This document shows, in pieces, positions 1 to 11,430 of a stretch of 64,000 nt of DNA. Source of the DNA: Marsupella aquatica (lineage: Eukaryota > Plantae > Marchantiophyta); the NCBI GenBank assembly GCA_973895155.1, contig OZ316891.1:22147168-22211167 (forward strand). Direction: 5' to 3'. Both the position numbers and the translations under genes were made by a program. Under the pieces are notes generated by a model. The model made no database searches. It was not told the origin of the DNA and saw only the letters and a program-made list of their open reading frames with translations. Numbering within the stretch: the first letter of the stretch is position 1; each line of letters opens with the position of its first letter.

Positions 1-401
1 CCCAATTCCCAATTTCCTCTTCCAAAGAGGCATGTGCTAACCAAATCCTGGGCTCAGAGGGCATCTTTACCGCACATTGTTCTAGAATCAGTCTAACCTC
101 ATCATATACTCCCAAACGTGACACACTAAACCAATAATCATCATAAGCTATACAAGTGCAAGCAGCCCTGTAAAGGAGATGTCTTACTGAGACATCGTTC
201 TCCACATATTCCATAAGATGTTTTTTAGCACCCAGTGAAATGTGACATAATGCACTTCCAATTGTACTCTCTTCTTTTTGGCAACCATGGTCATCCTGCT
301 CCATCCTTTCAGTCACCCTATGGCTGATCCTTCTTCCAATGCTGGCATTCAGAGAACTTATAGCAGATCGCCTCGATTGCTTTCATGTATTGCACTGTAG
401 C
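1..401 (-). pseudogene. Divergent PRP6/STA1-like HAT(TPR)-repeat coding segment, running off the left edge (gene or pseudogene)
   Basis: Manual translation of the minus strand from ATG 304 gives MEQDDHGCQKEESTIGSALCHISLGAKKHLMEYVENDVSVRHLLYRAACTCIAYDDYWFSVSRLGVYDEVRLILEQCAVKMPSEPRIWLAHASLEEEIGNW, open to base 1. It resembles PRP6 (..[54 protein letters not shown]). Absent from the ORF track because there is no stop in the window. In-frame TGA at 385-383; candidate acceptor AG at 403-402. Confidence 0.55.
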
Positions 402-2357
402 CTGTTCCAACCACAATTATCATCAACACAACACCTTGGCTCGCGAATGAGCAGCCCTGCACGTAGTCCATCACGTCCTATTCAAATTCCTTCGATACAA
501 TCTTCAAATGGACAACTCCACCGCAGAAAATGGTCTGAGAATTGTGCTTACACAAGTCAAATCATGCATGGCTTACCTGAAGTAGTAAGTGTCGGGATAG
601 CTTTTCACTTTGGACTTGAATTTAAGAGCCGCATAGATGCTCAAATCAGGTAGAATCCAATTGGAATGAGCGAATGGGCCTGGTCGGTTTAGCAATAAGT
701 TGATCCAGCCTCTGAAGCCGATCTTACTCCTGCTTAGATAATAGCAATCACACCCGAAAGAATAGTATTGTTTGAACGCCGGAATGTCCAACCACTTGGG
801 TACGCGAACACATAATGGCAGGCATTGTAGTAAGCACTCTGCTAGGCGCATACTGCGGCCATCTTCCTCACTGCAAACGTGACCCATTCTATGTCAGGTG
901 GGGTTCGACTTTATTTATTGCACTGGAACCTGTTCGAACCACAATAAACACAACACCTTGGCTCGCCAATGCAGCAGCCCTACACGTAGTCTATTCAAAT
1001 TTCTACGATACAACCTTCAAATGGACAACTCCACCGCAGAAAATGGTCTGAGAATTGTGCTTATACAAGTCAAATCACGCATGGATTACCTGAAGTGGTT
1101 AGTGTCGCGATAGCTTTTCACTTTGGACTTGAATTTAAGAGCCGCACAGATGCTCAAATCAGGTAGAATCCAATTGGAATGAGCGACTGGGCCTGGTCGG
1201 TTGAGCAATAAGTTGATCCAGCCTCTGAAGCCGATCTTACGCCTGCTTAGATAATAGTATTGTTTGAACGCCGGAATGTCCAACCACTTGGGTACGCGCA
1301 TTGTAGTAAGCACTCTGCTAGGCGCATGCTCCGGCCATCTTCCTCACTGCAAGCGTGACCAATTCTATGTCAGGTGGGGTCCGACTTTATTTATTGCACT
1401 GGAACCTGTTCGAACCACAATAAACACAACACCTTGGCTCGCCAATGCAGCAGCCCTACACGTAGTCTATCACGTCCTATTCAAATTTCTACGATACAAC
1501 CTTCAAATCGACAACTCCACCGCAGAAAATGGTCTGAGAATTGTGCTTATACAAGTCAAATCACGCATGGATTACCTGAAGTGGTAAGTGTCGCGATAGC
1601 TTTTCACTTTGGACTTGAATTTAAGAGCCGCATAGATGCTCAAATCAGGTAGAATCCAATTGGAATGAGCGACTGGGCCTGGTCGGTTTAGCAATAAGTT
1701 GATTCAGCCTCTGAAGCCGATCTTACGCCTGCTTAGATAATAGTATTGTTTGAACGCCGGAATGTCCAACCACTTGGGTACGCGCATTGTAGTAAGCACT
1801 CTGCTAGGCGCATGCTCCGGCCATCTTCCTCACTGCAAGCGTGACCAATTCTATGTCAGGTGGTGGGGTCCGACTTTATTTATTGCACTGGAACCTGTTC
1901 GAACCACAATAAAAACACCTTGGCTCGCCAATGCAGCAGCCCTACACGTAGTCTATCACGTCCTATTCAAATTTCTACGATACAACCTTCAAATGGACAA
2001 CTCCACCGCAGAAAATGGTCTGAGAATTGTGCTTATACAAGTCAAATCACGCATGGATTACCTGAAGTGGTAAGTGTCGCGATAGCTTTTCACTTTGGAC
2101 TTGAATTTAAGAGCCGCATAGATGCTCAAATCAGGTAGAATCCAATTGGAATGAGCGACTGGGCCTGGTCGGTTTAGCAATAAGTTGATCCAGCCTCTGA
2201 AGCCGATCTTACGCCTGCTTAGATAATAGTATTGTTTGAACGCCGGAATGTCCAACCACTTGGGTACGCGCATTGTAGTAAGCACTCTGCTAGGCGCATG
2301 CTCCGGCCATCTTCCTCACTGCAAGCGTGACCAATTCTATGTCAGGTGGGGTCCGAC
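388..2357. repeat. Tandem array of 4 units of ~480-530 bp
   Basis: Anchor TATTGCACTG at 388, 916, 1392 and 1881; array ends at 2357. Later copies are near-identical; copy 1 has an extra 21 bp and an extra 16 bp. Confidence 0.95.
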
Positions 2358-3147
2358 CAAGATATGTTCGTTGGTGTTTCAGGACTGTGAAAATGGTTGC
2401 GACGCATGCAGACTGAGCTAGAAAATCTCGTTGCGCTAAAAGCAACACCAACGGACATCACAGAGCGGGAAGGACGATAGCACAACGGTACAGTCAATTG
2501 AAACAATAAAAATACCTTTTCAACTAATAATTGCTGAAAGGAACGAGCACCTGCCCACCGCTGGAGTGTCCAACTAAATAAATCGGGTGGTTCTCGTCCA
2601 ATTCGTGAGAGTGTCCTGAAATTACGCCACCATCCAAGTTTAGATGCCACACTCTAGCTTGGAACCCCAGTAGTCTTCATCCCGCCTTCTAATTGAAAGG
2701 CGAAACGAACACTGAGGGCAGGCGGCCGGTCCCGTGGGCAGCTAAGGAAGAAAATATTAGCATACTCTTTAATTGAGATATTACGCACATATGACCAGAA
2801 CTATTGAAAATCAAATACAAACAAAGGATTTTTAGGTCCTTCTAGAACTAATATAACCAAGATGTGTCTATACCGCACATGGTTGACACATCCAAGATGG
2901 TCTTAGGGAAAGAAGATAATCAAGGGAATGCCAACCACCGACGAGTACCCAGTTGTATAGGGACAAAGTATAGCATCGGAGAGACGATGATCCCTTTTTA
3001 GACTCACCCATCTTGACTGCTCACTTAGATCGAGAGGCTCATAATACACAACACTCTGGGCCTGCTCCAAAGGGCAACCACAATATGAATATCAAACAAC
3101 GGGACATTGGAATAATAACGTCTTGATCCTAACGGGCGGCCCCCTTC

Positions 3148-4566
3148 TCAAATGTGAAGAGCAGAAATGTAAGTTCCGGGCCACCTCTCACGATAAGCCC
3201 AGCCAGCTAACCCAGGCGAAATGGGGACATCAATTCTTGCTCTCCGCCACACAATTTCCTTGTTTCCACCACCAACGCGGCCTCGACTTCGAAGAAGTAA
3301 TTTTACTTTTTCGAATTCTCTTTCTTGCTCTACCGTCACAATGGCAAGAAGCTCTTCGCCAACCGATAGAACTTCCATCGGTACAACCCTGAAAGAATCA
3401 ACTGGTCCCATCTCGATCTCAGTGAAAGAAGATGCATGAAGATATTCCCATGATCTTTTTTCAAAATCGTAGACATAAATGCTCGAACCGTCCATGGAAT
3501 AAATCTTCCCGTGTGCAGTAAACATTATCTTGGGTTGCATATTTTGTACCGGATAGAGATCTTTCGGTAACATTATCCCCTCAGTAAAGTCTAACCCACA
3601 GAGACCCCACCCATAGACACCCCGGATGAAAAGTTCCACTGTTGTCCACTCATCTCTGATTGGATTATAAACCTCCAAGTTGTGATATATTTCGTGATGC
3701 CAAAACGGGTCACCAAATCTAGGACCAACAAGTCCACCATGCATCACGAACTTGTCTCCCAGCAATGCCACCTGATGTCCACATCGCCCAGAATTCAAGG
3801 GCTTAATAAAAGACCAAGTGTTGTCTTTCGGATTATATACCTCTGACGTGCCTATATGCGCGTCATCAGTACCACCAAAAACATAAATTTTGCCATCAAG
3901 GACACCGCATCCGAAATGGCGTCTTTCAGTTATCTGCATATTTGCACACTGTTGCCAGCCCACTTGCCCCGCCACATCAAATGCCAACATTCGGCTTGAA
4001 CCAGTTGGAAATTCTCCAGTATCGGCCAAGGTATGAACCTGCATCACATACACTTTGCCATCTAACGACACACTTCTGTACCAATACGTACACGCGAAGG
4101 GGGTAGGAAAAGGCGGTAATGGAGGGAGCTCGTAGCAACGATCCTCTTTCATCGAGTAGAGAGCAATCGAAATTGCACAAAAGCTTTCCTTTCTCGCCAC
4201 AAAACCTTCAGAACGAAAATATGGAACAACAATGAGCGTATCAGTCGAGCGATAACAGTCTCTCCCAGCATGGACTCGGCCGCTTCGAATCTCCTGGAGC
4301 CAAGTTCGACTTACTGACGACAAGGCGTAAGTATCTTTCCAAGACAATTTCGGAACTATGTGACCCATTGTGATGTCATCCAAGATCCCTGGCAGAAACA
4401 TGGAGTCAAGTACCTTCGAGAGAATCGACCGGCTGTTATTGCCGGTACTTCTCACCGTTGCCCGCTTCGTTCTTTTGGCCTTGAAATTGTCACGCAATTT
4501 CATTTCATGACATAATAAGATACATCGGGGCAGCAACACAGGCCACTTTGTTCTTTTGTTTCCCAT
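3148..4566 (-). CDS. F-box/kelch-repeat protein (intronless, 472 aa)
   Basis: F-box-like segment FLPGILDDITMGHIVPKLSWKDTYALSSVSRTW, followed by kelch repeats (GVLDGKIYVFGG..SEVYNPKDNTWS; FVMHGG..LEVYNPIRDEWT). Confidence 0.88.
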   Translation of the reverse strand: MGNKRTKWPVLLPRCILLCHEMKLRDNFKAKRTKRATVRSTGNNSRSILSKVLDSMFLPGILDDITMGHIVPKLSWKDTYALSSVSRTWLQEIRSGRVHAGRDCYRSTDTLIVVPYFRSEGFVARKESFCAISIALYSMKEDRCYELPPLPPFPTPFACTYWYRSVSLDGKVYVMQVHTLADTGEFPTGSSRMLAFDVAGQVGWQQCANMQITERRHFGCGVLDGKIYVFGGTDDAHIGTSEVYNPKDNTWSFIKPLNSGRCGHQVALLGDKFVMHGGLVGPRFGDPFWHHEIYHNLEVYNPIRDEWTTVELFIRGVYGWGLCGLDFTEGIMLPKDLYPVQNMQPKIMFTAHGKIYSMDGSSIYVYDFEKRSWEYLHASSFTEIEMGPVDSFRVVPMEVLSVGEELLAIVTVEQEREFEKVKLLLRSRGRVGGGNKEIVWRRARIDVPISPGLAGWAYRERWPGTYISALHI

Positions 4567-4580
4567 TGAGGTACCAAAAA

Positions 4581-4866
4581 CTGTCGGTCTTCTTCGTCCT
4601 CAATCTCCCGTGAGGCCAAAGAAATGCTCAACGCTGCAAGAATTCACTTGTAGCACTCGCCCTTTTGCGTCGCGCCCCTCTTAGAAAACCCCCCACCTGC
4701 ACACCCTAAACTTCGTCCTCGATCTGTCGGTCTTCTTCGTCCTCAATTCCCGTGAGGCCAAAGAAATGCTGAATGCTGCAAGAAGTTCACTTGTAGCACT
4801 CGCCCCTTTGCGTCGCGCCCCTCTTAGAAAGTCCCCCAGCTGCACACCCTAACCTTCGTCCTCGAT
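4581..4866. repeat. Direct tandem duplication, 2 x ~143 bp, immediately upstream of the F-box gene
   Basis: CTGTCGGTCTTCTTCGTCCTCAAT...CTTCGTCCTCGAT at 4581-4723 and 4724-4866. Confidence 0.9.
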
Positions 4867-5004
4867 CTTCCACGAGCTAATTTCCCCAGCTCCAACGACT
4901 TCCCGCAGGAGACAACTTACTACTTTAACCTTCACAGATTCCCGACCCAAGCCGCGCAAGTCTGGAAACCTTCACAGCAGACGTAGGTGGAAACGGCTCA
5001 ATAG

Positions 5005-5275
5005 GGGGTCTCAAGACGGGGCCGGGATTTAGGGTACTCTACGCAAGGGGGGGGGGGGAGACTTTTGAGACGGCTTGCCGGGATGACGCCCACTACAAGG
5101 TGGGGGGGGGGGCGAATTTTGAGACGGCCCGCCAAGACGGGGCCGGGATGACGCCCACTAAAAGGGGGGGGGGGGTGGAGAATTTTGAGACGGTCCATTC
5201 TGCACTATTAATGGAATATGTACACGGCACGTTTTTGCACTATTAATGGAATATGTACACGGCACGTTTTTGAAC
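5005..5275. repeat. G-rich ~60-bp repeats with long G tracts plus a 36-bp duplication (probable transposon subterminal region)
   Basis: GAGACGG..GCCGGGAT(GACGCCCACTA)..poly-G occurs about three times; TGCACTATTAATGGAATATGTACACGGCACGTTTTT occurs twice. Confidence 0.65.
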
Positions 5276-6464
5276 GAACCTCAAGGGATGGGCAACAACC
5301 TGAAATAGGGCCCCGTTTTTTAATGAACCTCAAGGGATGGGCCAGGGAAAAACGACGTCGCACTCTTCCCTCTTTTATTATTGCATTCCATCTCAAGACT
5401 CAAACATGGAGCACATCAATTCCAACTCTCCTCTTTCTCCTCAATGCTCTATGGAAATGCATGACCTCTCAACTTACATTCTGCCCTACTAGCTTGATCG
5501 TCATCAGAAGGAAAGGTGAGGCAAAGATGAACAATCATGGGGCCTCCATCGTTACTGTAATGTCATGGGGTTCTCCGACTAGATCCTAACAGAGTGCTAG
5601 ACCGTGTGTCAACAGCTTTGTCAGGCTGGATTTGGACCTCCAGATTGGGTATTTTTGAGACAACATTGGAAGTGCGTGTGGGCCTTCAGTACTCATCTGT
5701 GATATGTGATACGTATGTCATTGTTTCATTCCTGAGCTGCAATAATTCTCATCTCTAACGGACGGTCCTCGAAAATCAAGACTTCTATACAGCTCCGAAA
5801 GCTGTTTTCGAAAACACAGAAATCCAGAATGAAACCGTGTTCGCCACCAGGCTCACCGTCCGAATACTGCCACAATTGCCTTCCAAGTTTGGTACGCTGT
5901 CCTGTACCAACTATTGTTGCATGGAGAAAGTACCAAAACTTGGAGGCATCCCAGTTTTGGTGCTTTTGTGCATCTGCATATGATCGATACTTGCTGTGGA
6001 TGGCTCTGGACTCTACTTAGGTGGACTCCTTTTTAATGGATGTGGATAGACTTGATAGTTTGTACATGTTGCGTGCTTTATGAAAACAATGACAGACAAC
6101 GAAACGTATAGCAGCTCATGATGGAGCGCAGTTTCCACACTTAACCTGTTGATCAATTTCTTCTACGGCAACTTCCGCCCCGTCGTTCCGCCACCTTTTC
6201 CTCTTCTTGCCGGATCCTCTTTGAAGTCCAATTCAATTTGTTCCTCCTCTAGCTCGAGAGTTATTACGACTGGACGTTCGAAGCCCGTGATATTGTCATG
6301 ATCGACCTCCCTCTGTTCTTCCGAGTCAGGCACAGCTTTCTTTCTTTCTCTGCATGAATCCTTCACTGTGCACCCATGAGACAATTAATCACGACAAAGG
6401 AAGGTCTCAAACGCTTTCAAGGGTATATTTCTCCAGTGAGTTCAGCCACTCGAGGTTGGTTTAT

Positions 6465-7010
6465 TCTTGACTAGGCATTCCTGGAAACTCAATTTATTTT
6501 TTCAATTGGGTTTTGGACATTCAATGTTGTCTATCCGGTGAGTTATACTTGACTGGGCATTCCTGGAAACTCATTTATTGTTTTCTATTGCGCCTTGGTC
6601 ATTCAATACTGCGTCTCAAAGCTTCTGGTCATTCAATATGGTGTCTCAAAGCTTCTGGTCATTTATGGCGTCTGAAGCTTAAGATTCGAAGGACTTTAAC
6701 TTAGTATTTGTCTCAAAGCTTTTGAAGGACTTTAACTTAGTAGTTGTGTCAAAGCTTCTGGTAATTAGGTATGAAGTCTCAAGCTTAAGATTTGAAGGAC
6801 TTTAACTTAATAGTTAAAGTTACGGCATGGACAGAAAAAGTTATGGGTTACCAATTCATAACCCATCACTTTTTGGTCATTTGCCATGACCAGAAGTCAC
6901 TGTAGAGGCTAGTGAAAAAGAAAAACAAGATTTTCACACAACCCCTGTGAAGAAGTTATGGCCATGGCCAAACTTCTGCAACTTTGACAATTTGAGACAC
7001 ACTAATATTC
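6465..7010. repeat. Degenerate short tandem repeats plus a segment related to 58230-58460
   Basis: Repeated GTCTCAAAGCTTCTGGTCATT, GAAGGACTTTAACTTAGTA and GGCATTCCTGGAAACTCA. The string ATGGACAGAAAAAGTTA...TAGAGGCTAGTGAAAAAGAAAAA resembles ATGGACACAAAAAGTTA...TAGAGGCTGGTGAAAATAAAAAA near 58.3 kb. Confidence 0.6.
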
Positions 7011-7602
7011 TCATTTTTGCGAGGCACCTTTACTGCAAAGAAAGTGACTACCTGGCCTTTATCTTTCTCTAGGAGCCTCTATGTTTCTCATATGGTGAAC
7101 TTCAAGTGAACAAGATTGCCCAAGGAAAAAGTACTATCAAAATGAACCCCTTTTTGCTTTGTAAGATGAGACTAAATTGAGCAAGATTGCCCAAGAGAAA
7201 ACAAACCTAATTTTTCATTTATTCCCCCCAAAAGAGACTATTTGAACAAGATTGCTCAAAAAATATTTATTAATAAAACCTGGTTTTTCCTTTGTTTCCC
7301 TCATACTAGCATTTTCGCTTTTGGGATCCTCTCCTGGAGCTTTTTGTTCTTGTTTTAAAAGGGCTTTAAGCGATTGAACTCTACACCTATGAGTCTCAAG
7401 TCAAGAGATCTAACACACAGCCATGCCTCTTTGGGCAGAGCCTTTAGTTCTTGGTCCAGGATATATATAAACTACTGTAATATATAAGAAATAAAAAAAT
7501 CCCGCCAAATCCCTCCATTTGTGTGACCCCCAATTGAAAATGAAGGATAAGACTCTACAGTGTACCTTGTATAAAACATGTGCTACATACAAGGTTTTCT
7601 CT

Positions 7603-7641
7603 GACTAGACTAGACTAGACTAGACTAGACTAGACTAGACT
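7603..7641. repeat. (GACTA)n microsatellite
   Basis: 7-8 perfect GACTA units. Confidence 0.95.
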
Positions 7642-8938
7642 TGGAGCATTAGAGGAGAAAGAGATTGACTTGAGATGTCTTAAGGTTTTTGGCATGGAGC
7701 TGGTAAAGGGGAAATAGATTGACATGAGATGAAATATTATTGGCTTTTTTCTCTTGAGAAGAGAATTTTCGTTTTGGGGGGGTAAAAAAAAGGGAAAACA
7801 TTTGCCTCAATATAGCATTGCATGACCCCACACATGGATTCCACAATGCCCAAATGGACTGTACGTTTGTCATTTTTGTCTATAATTATATTTTAAAAAC
7901 TCATGACCTTATAGTCTGTAAATTCATTTTGCATTTTTTTCTGTAAAATCATGAAAAAAATCCCGGATGGACTGGCAAAGCTTGGACAGACTTGTTCAGA
8001 ACATTTAAACTGACTCAGATAACACTGTTTACATGTTTGACTGAAATGTGACCTATAGATGGCCTCCTTACCCTTTGCAGCTGGTTTCAATTTTAACCGG
8101 TTTCCTTAGTAACTTGATTACCTTCAACCTGAAGGATGTCAAGACATCATATCATTACTCAAGATCACCATGATGTCTTGAGTACTTTCTCCCAAAGTAG
8201 TCAAGTCCAATGCACTACCAGTTCCTTTTTATTATTGGTATTAAAACGACAATTGTTTTAGGCAGTCCATGGGGATGGACAAGAACAATGTCTCAGTCCA
8301 TCCAGGCTTTAGTTTCATAAAATAATCCGTTGTATTGATTAGTATTTTGATGTATCTAAGGAGCCCGTAAATGTATCAGGTTATGAGCACATGTTCATTT
8401 TGATATTATTGTCTGCATCTCTATACGCCACTGACAGGCGAAATGATATGTCCACAAAAGGTGTATGTCTACCCTAAACCCTACACACTGCTCTGCCAAG
8501 CAACATACCAGAGAATCCTCTACTCCTCAACCAACAACATACGACACTAGCTACACGCTGCTCTGCCAAGGTTAGCAGCATTACTAACACACCAACAGAC
8601 TTACTTACGTTACTTTGATTGCGCTCCTCTACCAAGACATAAGGGACAAGACATTTGAAGTTTTTACTTTAGAGAATGATTTATTGTATGTTTTGAAAAA
8701 CTCAAAAATGTAAATAAAATGGTTATGAGAGCAGTTTTGATTGAATCTTTTTATCTTTTGATTTGCATGTCAGGTTTTTTACATTCTCTTTTCTGGCATG
8801 GCGTCCCAGGTTTTACAAAGAAGTTGCCACAAACATGAATGTATAACTTAATTTTATTCAAAAACAAGTTTCTTTGTGTTTGCAACGTGCCATGATGATG
8901 TGGCACGCTATGGAGCCAGGAATTTTGGAAAGGACCCC

Positions 8939-9240
8939 AAATTGCATAAAAGCTTTACTTTCTCGCCACAAAACCTTCAGAACAAAAATATGGAACAACA
9001 ATATATGAACGTATCAATCGAGCGATAAGAGTCTCTCCCAATATGGACTCGACCACTTTGAATCTTGTGGAGCCAAGTTTGACTTATTGACGACAAAGCA
9101 TAAGTATCTTTCCAAGACAATTTTGGAACTATGTGACCCATTGTGATGTCATCCAAGATCCCTAGCAGAAACATGGCGTCAAGTACCTTTGAGACAATTG
9201 ACCGGTTGTTCTTGCCGGTACTTTTCATCATTGCCCACTT
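8939..9240 (-). pseudogene. Truncated, frameshifted copy of the F-box region of the 3148-4566 gene
   Basis: Colinear with ~4170-4467 (STGKNNRSIVSKVLDAMFLLGILDDITMGHIVPKLSWKDTYALSS), with small indels near 8970-9005 and no kelch portion. Confidence 0.9.
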
Positions 9241-10815
9241 AAAGAATTCACTAAATCCCCTATTACCCTTGAGACCAGTTGGGAAACTCTTAAAATTCCA
9301 TGAAAGATTTTCTTATATGCATTGGTTAAATTGTGGAAACCTCATGGGAGGGAGGAGCAAAGAGCACAAGTGCTTACACAAGGTGCAATGCCAACAACGG
9401 CCAGAAAAAAGAAACAAACTCCAACCAGGGCGAGACCCTGGCCCGTGGAATCCCCAATGTGTGCAATCAGGCCTGGCATAGGATGGGGTTGTATCAAATT
9501 GTGCGAGTCAAGTTAAGGGCCCCATTCTTAATTAAGGACTGAGTACATGCGAGTTGCGCCTTATAGTGCCACGAGTGTACCAGTGCCCCTGCCATCATCA
9601 TATTACGCAGAGTAATTGCAGTAGCAGAAGAGAAAACAACAAACTCGGTAGGTGATGAAGACGATCATAGCAGCACGAGAGGAAATTGGCCGAATGTACT
9701 TGCCTGGGCTGAGACTTAGTCTATAGGAGTAATAGCGAGAGAATCAGCCGACAGACGAGGCTTTGCTTTTGGCCAAGAAGTGCAGAGTGGAGTAGAGCAG
9801 GGGTTGCGACACTGTTATCATTTCGTTGCAGCTGTTGTTGTTGTCGTTGTTGTGGGAGATGGCCGCGGTTTCAGCTACGATCGTGGTGGCCGGTGGTCTC
9901 GGATCCGTTGCTGGGCGGCAGACGGCTGCAACCCAGCTGTGGATCTCGATTGGAGGCCGTAGCGAGCGCCCTTTGAGAAATTCGAGGACTGTCCGGTGCC
10001 GTTCCCCACCATGTTCCATTTCAGCTGGGTTTCCATTCCTCCCCTTTGTCCATTTCAGCTGGTTTTTCGATGTTCGTATCTATTGTAGTAGAGTTGGTCA
10101 TTGAAGAGAAGCTTTTTTGTGGTGTGCGTTACAATAATTCCTGGTCTAGACTGTATGGCATTGTCATCTGTTGGAGTTTAGTGTTTTTCTGACATGAAGG
10201 CATGTTTGATGCTTCCTGTCTGCAATCTGTGTTGGGCCGTGCTTACTGTAGCAGAGAGTGTTTTTTTATAACTGTCAATAGTGTCCTTGATATAGAACGA
10301 TGAGACGCCTTGGAGACTTCAGAGGTAGAACTCAAGTCCTGCGTATTTCTCTCGATATTGTGTCCACGTAGAATGAGGACTGCTTCACTTGAGAGTTGAC
10401 GATTTAAAAGCCAATGGGTGCATAGCATGTTAGCTTTTTCCACGGTTTCCGTCCCATACGTGAGTGCAATATGTGTGGTGTGGGTTGCTTTAGTCGTATT
10501 GTGGCGTTTCGTTGGATAGATTTGCTGTTGGTCGGAGTTCCTGGGCTCTATTTCTAAGAAAGGAAGGAACTGTTGTTCCTCTAGAGCCCTCACTAGCTCG
10601 GGAATCTAACTTCTAGGTGTTGGCATTGTGAATTCCTTTGGCCTTAATTCAGGAGGCAAGACCGGAAACGAGAGCCTCCTCAAAGATCTTGACGATGATG
10701 AGTGCCTCATCTTGACGATGATGAGTGCCTCATCTTTACCAAGAGGAGACACACAAAACTGGGAAAACCTGTCGAGAACAGGCTTGAGGTGAAAGCATTC
10801 GATCCACCACCATGT

Positions 10816-11430
10816 TTAGATAAATAGAAATCTCATCTCATTCTCATCTGGAAATTTTGAGCTCCCCATGAACAGCATTTGCTCAAGAAAGTGAGCTAAG
10901 CCCTGAGCATCTTGAGGGTCAGAAAAACTCCCCACACCAACGCACATTGCAGCTGCAGCCTTTTTTGTGGGAGCCATTTCACACAGCTTCCTCGTGGGTA
11001 TTCCCTCTTCCGCATCACTTAACATTTCCTCTTCACCTTCCGTGTCACCTTCTTGGCTGCCCATGTGAGACCGCTTTCTGGAATTTTCATGATCATGATC
11101 GTGATGACAGCCACCATCTTGTCAACCTACTGAATTTTCGAGATCCATCCCCCTATGGTCATGATTCTCATGCCCTAATTCCTCTTCTTCCTCTTCATCT
11201 TCGTCGTCTCCCTCTTCCTCGGATCCAATTTCCGTCCCTGACTCTGCCTCATCCGAAGATGCTGCTCCACCTCCTCCACCACCTGTGCTGTCTTACATAA
11301 GAGGGTCGTGGATTAGAAGCGCAGTGAGCCCATTCTCCAAATGGACTACCTGGTAGAGGGTTTGGTCTGACGGCGCCTTCACCACCCGCCGCCCGTCCGT
11401 CACCTTCAGACTCAACCGCTCCTCCCCCAT
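10816..11430 (-). pseudogene. Nardilysin-like (M16A insulinase family) N-terminal fragment
   Basis: One frame from ATG 11430: MGEERLSLKVTDGRRVVKAPSDQTLYQVVHLENGLTALLIHDPLM*, an acidic stretch with a second stop, then [44 protein letters not shown]. Stops are TAA 11295-11293 and TGA 11124-11122. The HxxEH motif reads HFLEQ; no further exons seen. Confidence 0.85.

Noticed and set aside
388-2357. 5S rDNA or snRNA tandem array
   Set aside because: No 5S or U-snRNA sequence recognised; the CTTACCTG motif is the reverse complement of a splice donor, not a U1 5' end.
1264-2421. Plus-strand ORFs repeated in the array
   Set aside because: They start mostly at non-ATG codons, have no recognisable motifs, and are by-products of the repeat.
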